A stretch of 64,000 bases of DNA from Octopus vulgaris (Eukaryota): NCBI GenBank assembly GCA_951406725.2, contig OX597832.1, positions 68,634,001 to 68,698,000 of the forward strand, written 5' to 3'. This document shows positions 53,253-64,000 of this stretch, one piece after another; the first letter of the stretch is position 1; each line of letters opens with the position of its first letter. Under the pieces are notes generated by a model that did no database searches, had not been told where the DNA came from, and worked only from the letters and a program-made list of their open reading frames with translations. A program made the translations under genes and the position numbers.

Positions 53253-53454
53253 TTATTGGAAAAAACTATATTCAAGTACTTTCTTGAAAATCTATAAACT
53301 GTTTACTGATATTTTAATTCTTTGCGACAGTTATCAGTGAACAGATCGCAGATGTGCAGCAAGAACAGATAACAATCTCTCTCTTTCTCTCCATGCTAAA
53401 CCATCCAATCGATGCCAGCATGGAAAAAGGTAAGTCAAATGATGATGAGATATG

Positions 53455-54323
53455 TGAAGGGGTTCACAAAAGTAACCAGAAACTTTCTCTGTGGAACAAG
53501 CCCAAAGCAGTTCAGATTTTCACCACTAGAAGCCACTTGATGTAACCCTCAGGCATCAGTATGCTATGGGGCATTGTCAAGTGTAGTTCTACTGCCACAT
53601 GTCTTTGCTTTGTTGTGCTTCTCTTTTGTTCATCAATTTTTGCAATGACTGGAACAAAGGAACAGCGTGCTTCCATGAAATTCTGTTTTCCGTTGGGGAA
53701 AACTGCAGCTGAAAATGATGACATGCTCCAAACAGCTTACAAGGACACTGCCATGAGGAAAACACAAGTTTATGAGTGGTTTTTACACTTTAGGAATGGT
53801 CACTTGTTGCTTGAAGCTTGACCTTGTTCAGGGCATCTGTTACCCTCCCAAACAAATGAAAACATGAAAATTCCGGAACTGATCTTGGAGAATGATTACC
53901 AAATTATTGACAAACTTGCTGACATGAATAGTGTGTCCTGAGTGAGGAATTGTGAATGAAAAGAGTTGCAGCAAAATCTGTGCCTCACTTGCTCATGAAA
54001 GATCAAAAGTAGTCATGACTGAATGTGAGTCATGAACTGAAAGAACAGCTGGAAATTGATCCAAACCTTTTTTTAAGGTCATTACTGGTGATAAGAGCTG
54101 GTGTTACGGAATTTGTAGATGTGGAAGAGATGTGGAAGGAAAAAACAATGGAGGCATTAAAAGGCATCATTTTGCAAGGGTTCCAGCACTGCTTTGAACA
54201 GTGGAAAACACATCTGGATTGATACCTTGGAAAATTCTTTAAAGGTGGTAAAAGTATAAACATTTAAAACTAAGTGAATAAAATGATATTGCAAAATTCT
54301 GGTTTCTTTTGGGTATCCCCTCA
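53455..54323 (+). mobile_element. Internally deleted mariner element
   Basis: TIR GAAGGGGTTCACAAAAGTAACCAGAA / TTCTGGTTTCTTTTGGGTATCCCCTCA; EQRASMKFCFPLGKTAAE...QVYEWF, ITGD, FQHCFEQW. Confidence 0.9.
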
Positions 54324-54342
54324 TATTAAAGCAAAACTTGTG

Positions 54343-54895
54343 CAACCCTAAAGTCTCTGAGGCTGGTATTGCATTTAGAACAGCATAAAAGTGGATAGCG
54401 GTAGGTGCTGTTAAGTCTGCAGAGTTATGGCTAAGGCACAAAGTGCTTTTAGGCATTGTATCATAAGGATGGGCTGGGCTGGGTGATACCACAACACCTC
54501 ACTATGACAAGTTGCGAAGAAAGGACAGGAAGTTACTGATGCAGAATGATAAATGAGTTTCAGTTGAAGAAGAATGAACCAGCAAATATGTTGAGATGAG
54601 ACATTAGGGAGCCTGGTAAAGATGGGACCGAGTGGTAGTATGCAAAGTTTCTTGATCTGACCATTGAAGATAACAACCCCACCAGATTAAAATTCCTAAT
54701 TCAGGCAGATTACAAAGCCTTATTGAGCTCATCCAATATGTCCAATTTAGGAAAGTTGGAGTCACCAGCTTGCCCCATGTGCCTGATGGAGGACCTGTGG
54801 AGCTGTCCAAAATCTCAGATAGAGAGATATGACCACTGAAGGCATGGCCAGCTCTTGAAGGTCATAGTAGATACCATCTGGAGTCACAGCAGTCA
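54343..54895 (+). mobile_element. HERO/NeSL-type LINE fragment (post-RT region), heavily decayed
   Basis: PKVSEAGIAFRTA*KW.A..AV..AE..LRHK.LLG.V..G.AGLG, GAW*RW, IKFLIQA, PACPMC, RH.Q.LKVI. Confidence 0.75.
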
Positions 54896-55163
54896 TTGTA
54901 TGTACCTCTGACCAACAAAAAGTTTATCATCGACGTCAAGGCAAGCATGAAAATAATTGCAAACTGCCAGGTCCACCTCCTTGAGCTTACTTGCAACACT
55001 AGAGGACCCATTTAGGATTTTATCAAGCTTATGTATAAATTTTCTTTTTATATGTTTGTTTTGTTTTACACAACATTGAAACAATAGCTAAAAATTTTGT
55101 GAAACAGCATCTCAACTAATTCTAGTCACAAGTTGCTATTAATAGTAAGAAATATATAGTACA

Positions 55164-55676
55164 TCTATATATATAAAACTGTAGTTGTGTGAGTGTCTGT
55201 CCCCTTCGATTTAGATTCCTAACTACTCCCACATTTTGCGGTGCAGCTTAACCAAATTCGGATATCTTATAGTCGTGATTCATATCAAGCCCGTCTGAGT
55301 ATTAGCGCGCATCTACGATGAGTCTACGATTTTAAAAATAATTTAACATCATTTTTTATTCCATTTTAATGCATAATTTTTCGTGTGTCGATGGCGGCGG
55401 AGTTGGCATCCATGGTCACACCTGCACCTGTTTGCTTCTCCCCCTTCTTCCCTCCCTCGTGAAGCTGTGGGGAAGGGAGTGTAAGGAAATCAACGTCGTA
55501 AAGCGTTGTCAAGGAGACCAGCGTTCTTTTAGAACAACGACTTCATGGCTTGAAGACACCAAAACAGAAATGGCTAAGAAAGCCCGAATTGGCATCTATA
55601 AGGGAAGTAACTCTCTAAAAATGCTTATATAGGTATTTCCCTTACAAACCCGAGCAACGCCAGGCGATACTGCTAG
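55164..55676 (+). mobile_element. Non-autonomous Helitron
   Basis: A|TCTATATATATAAA start; CCCGAGCAACGCCAGG sub-terminal hairpin; CTAG|T end; A/T insertion site without TSD. Confidence 0.9.
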
Positions 55677-56027
55677 TAATACATAAAACTAAATACGATA
55701 TATTTTATGCATCATGTATTAATATCCCTTATATTGTATGCAATACATATAAATACTTTATTATATATCATAAACTTTAAATTCTCAATATGAATGAATC
55801 TGCAACTATGGTTGATTTTATCTATTCTATTATGCCTCAAATCATGGCTTGGAAATTTATACTGCTTTCTTATTTCAATATTTTTTGTATATTCTCACTC
55901 ATCTCATAATGTTGTACATATTTATTGAATTTTAGTAATTATATATTCTATCATTGAATTATTATTATTGTTATTATTACTATTATTATTATTATTATTA
56001 ATATTCTTCTTCTTCTTCTTCTTCTTC

Positions 56028-56066
<39 letters not shown>

Positions 56067-58669
56067 CAATTTACCTTTTACTTTATGTATTACATTAATT
56101 TATTTTATTCTATTTTGCTTTTATTTTATCCCATTATATTTTTTCTAACCACTTCTTAATTATCTTTTAATTCCTATGATATTATTTGCATGTTCTCTAT
56201 CTATTAATTCTATTTTTTATTATTATCCAAAATTTTATTATTTTATTTTTATACCATTATCCATTTGCTTTTGTATAATTTTTTATTGTATGCTTTTATT
56301 GTTTACTTCTTTATTTAAATAATTAGTGATATGACGGTCACTCTTCCAATTTCATACACTCCTTCACTCTATTCGTAGACTCTCAGACTTATTGTCTTGC
56401 CTTTATGGTCATTTGGCTTTAAAAAAAGACATATAGAAGGCTGTCAAATAACTGGGTTGCTTGTTGAATAGAATTAAAAGATAAAAGAAACAAACTCTTA
56501 GTTGTAGAGGAGAGATGCTTTGCTATACAACTCCCCCTACCCCTTCCTGTAACTTCCTTCATCGCTATAAATCTTTGTTACCCCAACCCTCACATGATAT
56601 TGTTTTCTCTTATAAAGCTAAGAAATGAAACATATTCTATGACAAGCAAGGGTAATAGAATCGTGAAGATGTACATCCCACTGGGTTTTGAATGTTTTTG
56701 AAGGTTATGGTTCATGTATCCACCGAATGAAAATTGTTTTCTATAATGATGTAATGTCTCCATTAATCACTTATAAATTCGTTGGAAACAGCTGTTATGA
56801 TTTATTTGTTTATTATTCACCTCTCTTGGAACCTGCTCCTTGCATAAAACCAAAGCCTATTATGGACCATACCTTTAGAACATTGCATGTGTTTCTCAAT
56901 TAGCCTCAGGGCCATTGATATGCTCAGTCTGGTAGAGTTAATCCCATACATAACTTCAAAATATCTTTCTGCTCATACTTCCACACCTGCACATGTATTC
57001 CTCTATTTTTGTTGTGTACACAATTTACTTTTCAACCCAACCTGGTGCCTCTCCATTCAAGTGCCTAATTTCCTTGAATCCTGGTCTATTATATATATGT
57101 ATGGATGGATGGATGTAAGTATGTATGTATGTATGTATATATACATATATACATATATATATATATTTTAAAGTTAAATTTTCTTAGAAAGTATGTTTTT
57201 AAATATACTTCACAATATATGGACTGTATTAAGCTCATTGTGATTTAAATCATTGCAAGCTAAATCGAAATATAAGGGAAATTATAGAAGGAACACATCT
57301 AGGCAATCAATACAAATTCCAAAGCATAATTTTCAACGCACACCAAAATAAATATACATATAAATTTATAAATCATTGAACAAAATTACGTGTAGAAGTC
57401 ATATGCGAAACCTATGTACGTTGGGTTCAGGTACTGAATGGAGGAGTAACAAATAAAGAGATAAAAATTCAAGGTAAGGGCTTCCAAAAGGAACTGTTCA
57501 AACGTATTAAGAATTTGATGTTTATACGAAATGTCAGATGAGAGTCCAACCTTTAAAAATTCAGGGATAAATAGGTAGATAAAATAAATATATACAGATT
57601 CGGGTGAATTTGGGTAAAGGAATTCACCTGATTTATAAATTTAAAGGTATATTTACTTCATCGTGCGTTTTAAATTATGCTTTAGAGTGTCTGAGGCACA
57701 TGGAGAAAGAGTGACTATCTCTCCCCAATTGTGAGGCACTATGAAAGAATTTGATATCCAGTAGTGTCTATTACTTTCCAAGATTAAGCCAAAGTTAATC
57801 AAATAATATATGTCTATGAATATTACATTGTAAAGCAATCATGACTCGAAAGCATGATATTCAAGATTTTCTTTAAAAAATGCATATTATAGCAAATAAA
57901 AATAAAAGTAATTTCAGGAAATTAAAAAAATTCTTCATTTCATTTGCACTTTACTGCTTTTTTTAATTCTTGAATTAAATAAAGCAAAAAGACAAAGAAA
58001 GAAAGAAAGAAAACATGCACTGCTACATGTTTTGATTTTGTAATTCTAGAATGATCGGGAATAAAATATGCAAACAATTTGTTAAAAGTTTTGTTTCAAA
58101 GCTTTCCTTTGCTTTTATATGAAGAAGAAAAAAACTACATTATTTTGTTTTTAGAGATAAAAGACATTTAACATTATAAATTCGTTTATAAAGAATTTAC
58201 AATTTCTATTGTTGTTCATCAGATGCTGGCACCAGCATCAAATGTCTTAGTATTTCTCTTTTATAATATTCGTCGATGTTTTGCTCGCCTAAATCTGCAT
58301 TGTTCTTCGCAAGATTAAACATCAACAAGCTTCTAAGTTTTATCACCGATATAACAGTCATCAACAACCATGTGAGCCGTTTCTTAATTTGAAAGATCAT
58401 AATCATTAATATTTAACAATACTTGAATTGCATTCAAGCATTTCATTAAATATTGTAGCTGACATTAATAAATTTATGTTCGAATAAAACAGTAAAAACA
58501 AGATTCAATAAAGGAAATAAAAAAAACAACAAATAAAGAACATGAAATAGCATGGAAAACCTTTGCATTTCAAGACTATTTACGCTTCAACATATGACTT
58601 TGTCTTTCTCTTTTTTGTTCCTGAATTATTTTTACAATGAAAAGCCATATAAATATCAATATTTTACTC

Positions 58670-59415
58670 AATAATCAATACTTCGATTTATTGTTTTTTT
58701 TTTTTGTTTTTTTAGCAGATCAGAAATATCAAATATTTAGTGAGAAGTAAAGGAATATGGTAAACTGAGACAATTCATGGTAAGAAGAGTATATATTCTT
58801 CTCAATCAATTTGGTAAAGGAATGAGTATCTTCACGAGATTTATCCTGGTAGGGAGTATATTCCACTGAGCCATCTGTTGAGCATATTCAACTCAATAAT
58901 TAATACATTTATTACTTTCCATCTTGACCCTGGAGAGCTAACACTCAAAATTGTCCGTTAAGGCATTTGAACTCTGATGTGCAGCATAGTAATATGTACA
59001 GACCAAAGATATCCGGCTGCTGCCTCACTGAATCAATAATCAATACATTGATTTTTTGGGGTTTCTTTTAGCAAAACATAAATATTAAATATTTATAGAA
59101 AAGAGAAGTAATATGGTAAACTGAGAGAATCTGGGATAAGAAGAGTTTATAATCCACTCAATCAATTTGCTAAGGGAATGCACATCTTCAACAAAATTAT
59201 TTTGGTAAAGGAGGGAAGGGGTGAATCCCGCTGAAACAAAATGGAGGCAAGGCTGGGGGTAATAAAATGAAACAACGCAATACATAATCTCTGTGTTTAT
59301 TTCTTTACTTTCTGACTTCATTGTTCCTGGAGGGCTAATAGTCAAAATTGATCCTTAAGTTGTTTGAACTCTGAACTGCAACAATCTGATCTATCTGGAC
59401 CAAAGAATCCAGCTT
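58670..59415. repeat. Old diverged tandem duplication, ~365-bp period
   Basis: CAATAATCAATAC, AATATGGTAAACTGAGA, CTCAATCAATTTG, TTTGAACTCTGA and GACCAAAGA each occur twice in order. Confidence 0.8.
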
Positions 59416-59844
59416 CTGATTGGTTGTTTTGATGATAAAGTTTCTGTCAAAAATGTAGTTGTGGAAATTTATTGCCTAACATGAATACTTGCCTGGATGT
59501 GTCACACTATACACTCACAAACACATTTACACAGACAGGTACACACATATATAGAATGAGAAATGTAAAGAGGAAGAGAATGAGAAAGAAGGGAGAGAGA
59601 ATGGCATGTGTTTGTATGTTTATTTACCTATATGTGTTTATAAGTTGATGTATGTGAACACACACTCATATAGTGTGTTATTCTACAATATATAGACAGA
59701 CATATATGCATTTGTGTGTGTGCTTGTGTGTATGTGTGTGTATATACATTTATAAATATATATATATATATATACATATATACGTGAGTATATATATATA
59801 TATACATATGTATATATATACATATATATTTATTTTATAGAAGG

Positions 59845-59895
59845 AGCTTCTACAGGACTAGTACTGTTTCATTCAAATGAAATCATCAGGAAGCT
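59845..59895 (-). ncRNA. Minimal type I hammerhead ribozyme motif (Penelope-associated type)
   Basis: AGCTTC-CTGATGA-TTTCATTTGAAT-GAAA-CAGTACTAGTCCTG-TA-GAAGCT; stem I of 6 bp, GUA cleavage triplet. Confidence 0.8.
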
Positions 59896-60277
59896 GGCTG
59901 TCAAAATAAGGTTTCGTATTTATACATTTAGGCAGATTTAATGGGGTGGTAGTGGGGGACGTTTTTTGGGTAAGCAGGGCACATACTGTCGTTCTTATGG
60001 GAGTGGTCAACATAATCAGTGATAAAGTAAATAAATGAGTAAATAAATAGAATAATTGAATAGAGTTTTAGGTAAATTAGAAGACTATTGCTTTTAGTCA
60101 GTTTGTGGTGGTTGTTATTAAGTTGAGGGAAGAAGTAGATAAATGAAAAAACATATAAAATAAATATACATACAAACCCTCATACATACACATGCGAATA
60201 TCCATATATATACATATACATATGCCCATGTATATACATACAGGCACACACTTACATACACATAAATACACAATCAC

Positions 60278-60322
<45 letters not shown>

Positions 60323-60325
60323 TAT

Positions 60326-60376
<51 letters not shown>

Positions 60377-61001
60377 TATATACACATATATACACATACA
60401 TACAAATACTCATACACTTAAACACGCAAACACACGCACATATATATATATACATATATATACCCACATATGCACACACACATATATATATTTTATCTCC
60501 TCATCTTCCACCCTTATTTTATTTTTTATTTTTATTTCCTTTTCTCTATTTGTCTCTCCCCCTACTCCAAACACATAGAGACACAGACACACACCTACAC
60601 ACACACACACAAGAAACCCACACGTACACACAGAGACGCACACACATACCTCCACAGTACAATCATACAAAGTAGCTGAAGTTCTTAGCTGACCATCTTC
60701 AAAATCATAAGAGGTATAATTTATGACCTGCCTACACACCAACACACATTCAGTGACACTAGATTAGACAAACGCCAAAAGTTACTAGAATTCCCCTTGG
60801 GGTTCCAGCCAGGCCAGAAGGGATTCTTCTACTACTCCCCTCTCCCTTCCTTTCTATCTCCTTACCCACGGATACAAACGCATACACTCACACACACACA
60901 CACACTCACGCGCACACTCATGCACATACACATACACACATGTTCTCTCACTCATTTCCTCCTCATCTGCTTATACATATGGATATATCTCTCTCTACAT
61001 G

Positions 61002-61043
<42 letters not shown>

Positions 61044-61158
61044 AAGGTTTGTAGAAAAATACAACATGGACAAGAACGTATAACTCTTAGAAGACGATAC
61101 AATAAACACGATATATATATATATATATATATACATACACAAATACACACATGCATAA

Positions 61159-62268
61159 GCAGGAAGGAATTTTTCATTCGAAATATACGTCTCACTTTTA
61201 TCCTTCGAAACGTTTAGTAGATGAAACTTTAGCGACTGAAGAAGGGGATTTTTCGTTGTGCTTATTGTCCTGTATCTCCTTTTTTTGCTTGTCTTGTTCC
61301 TTGGTTTGTGTCTATGTTTTTCGTCTCTCTTTGTGTTCGACGTCCTTTTGGTGTCCTGTACACATATATGCGTGTATATGTACATGTAGAGGTAGGTGCG
61401 TGCATATATGTTTATATATATGCATATATTTTATTAACATATTATACGACTAAACGCACGCACCCTATTAAGTAAGATTGTTCTGTTTATCAAGTTCGCC
61501 TTGATATTAACTCTCACGCGACTCTGCATCTTTCTTTCTTTCTCTCCCATTCCCTTTTTCGTCTTTTTTCCCTCACTTAACTTGTCTCTTCCTCTCTCTC
61601 TCCCCCTCACTGTTCTTCATGGTCTCCTCGCACCATTCCCCTTCTTCTCTCTCTTCCTCTTGCTCCTCCTCCCCCATTCCCGTCGACCATCTGCGACGTA
61701 CTTCCGTCATAACTGCTATCCCGTCCTTTCTCGCCTGCCTTCTAAGGCCACTGGTCGACATCTTCCTCTCTCGTCGTCCACTATAATCCAGCGTTTGCAA
61801 TACTTTTTTCGTCTGGCGTTAACAGCCCTTCTTATCTTGTTCTCCTTGTCCTGTCTCTCACTGTTATATATTTATTTTTCCACTGTTTATATATATATTT
61901 TTTACTGTTTATATGTTTGTACTGTCGTTACCGTCTTGCTTTTTTTACCCCTCTGCGACAAGATCTCAGAATTTTAATTGATTTGCTTTTCGCAGGAAGG
62001 AATTTTTCATTCGAAGTATACGTCTCGCTTTTATCCTTCGAAACGTTTAGTAGATGAAACTTTAGCGACTGAAGAAGGGGATTTTTCGTTGTGCTTATTG
62101 TCCTGTATCTCCTTTTTTTGCTTGTCTTGTTCCTTGGTTTGTGTCTATGTTTTTCGTCTCTCTTTGTGTTCGACGTCCTTTTGGTGTCCTGTACACATAT
62201 ATGCGTGTATATGTACATGTAGAGGTAGGTGCGTACATATATGTTTATATATATGCATATATTTTATT

Positions 62269-62275
<7 letters not shown>
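61159..62275 (+). mobile_element. Penelope-like element: 284-bp direct repeats (61159-61442, 61992-62275) around a CT-rich core
   Basis: Period 833 bp with few mismatches; embedded between (TA)n tracts; no TG..CA ends. Confidence 0.7.
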
Positions 62276-62317
<42 letters not shown>

Positions 62318-62359
62318 GATATGCTATTAAATTAGTATCTAATTCTCTCACCCTTATTA

Positions 62360-62462
62360 ATTAATTATATATATATATACATATACACATATATACATAC
62401 ACATATGCACTTACACACATACACAAACATATACTCATACATATACATATATATACATATAC

Positions 62463-62505
<43 letters not shown>

Positions 62506-63078
62506 CATGTACATACATAAGCATAAACACACATAAATAAATATCTGCCCGCTTATATAAACGCATATGCACATATAAAACCATATGTGCATATAAACAT
62601 ACATACGCATTTATACGCATCCATATGCATATAAATACATGTATGCACACATGCATGCATACCTGCATACATAAATGCATACATGCATATACATACATAC
62701 ACACATATACATACATGCACATACAAACATATATGTACACATACATACATATACATATATATATACATATATATATATATATACATAAATACACGTACGC
62801 ATACATATAAATACATACAAGCATACACACACATACACAAACACATATACATACATACATACATAAACTTATACATGTATATACTCATACTTACACATAC
62901 ACATACACACACACATATATATATATATGCATAAATACACACATGCGTACATATATATACATATACACCTACACATACATACATACACACACATATATAC
63001 AAACATATGCACATATACACACATACATATACACACACATATACATACACATATACATACACATACATATATACATAC

Positions 63079-63123
<45 letters not shown>

Positions 63124-63366
63124 CATATATATATACACATACAAATACAAATCATTCACACATATACACATACACACGTATACACGCCTACACATACACA
63201 TGTACATACACAAATGCACACACACACATACAAATACATATATACACTCTTATACATACATGTGAACACATACACATGCCAACATCCATATATATCTATA
63301 TATATGTATATGCTTGTATACTTGTGCATGGGTGTATGTATGTATATGTATGTGTATATGTATATA

Positions 63367-63406
<40 letters not shown>

Positions 63407-63650
63407 TGTATGTATATATGCGTATATATGTATGTGTGTGAATGTATGGACTTGTAGACCTTTATATGTATATATAGGTGTGTGTGTGAGTGTGTGTGTT
63501 TGTATGTGTGTAGATATGTGTATGTGTATTTATATATGCATATGCTTATGTATGTATATGTATATATATATGTGTATATATATACATATATATTTGTGTA
63601 TGGGTGTAAGTACATATGTGTATGTATGTATGTGTGTATATATATGTGTA

Positions 63651-63697
<47 letters not shown>

Positions 63698-63764
63698 ACT
63701 TGTAGATTTTTGTATGGGTGTATGTGTATATGTGTATGTATGTATGTGTGTATATATATGTGTA

Positions 63765-63801
<37 letters not shown>

Positions 63802-63844
63802 GGACTTGTAGATTTTTGTATGGGTGTATGTGTATATGTGTATA

Positions 63845-63879
<35 letters not shown>

Positions 63880-64000
63880 GGACGTGTAGATTTTTGTATG
63901 GGTTTGTGTATGTGTATGTGTGTAGATATGTATATGTATGTATGTGTACGTATATGTATGTAGGTGCATGTATGTATATGTGTGTATGTATGTATATGCA
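62360..64000. repeat. Long complex (CATA/CA/TA) then (TATG/TG/TA) low-complexity tract
   Basis: Strand polarity flips near 63290; a TGGAC.TGTAGA marker recurs at about 63447, 63695, 63801 and 63879. Confidence 0.95.

Noticed and set aside
57396-57478. Plus-strand frame ending at AAG|GTAAGG
   Set aside because: Weak acceptor, no recognisable protein and no partner exons.
61159-62275. LTR retrotransposon or TRIM
   Set aside because: No TG...CA termini, primer-binding site, polypurine tract or TSD.

Overview
AT-rich, repeat-saturated animal DNA. The SINE, RTE and microsatellite families look like Octopus/coleoid cephalopod repeats; this is inferred, not verified. Only one host coding exon is supportable: a 107-bp minus-strand exon at 45528-45634, missed by the ORF track, whose peptide and phases fit CCDC39. 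The window is therefore probably the interior of very large introns. Almost all listed ORFs are microsatellite artefacts. Retroelements: RTE LINEs carrying a PHD-type finger (one nearly intact, 32900-36272), R4/Dong-type LINEs sitting in (TAA)n tracts, a HERO LINE fragment, Penelope-like direct repeats with hammerhead motifs, and many tRNA-derived SINEs. DNA elements: three Tc1/mariner relics, a Helitron, a DINE-1/Helentron-type element and a piggyBac-type MITE. The most unusual items are: a Crypton-like element ending in a 144-bp hairpin with six unpaired CTCR motifs plus a small SH3/KOW-like ORF; a head-to-head palindrome of two tRNA-like heads; a near-canonical minimal type I hammerhead ribozyme; and several long foldbacks. 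All family calls come from motif recognition, with no database search. Repeat boundaries are approximate unless stated.
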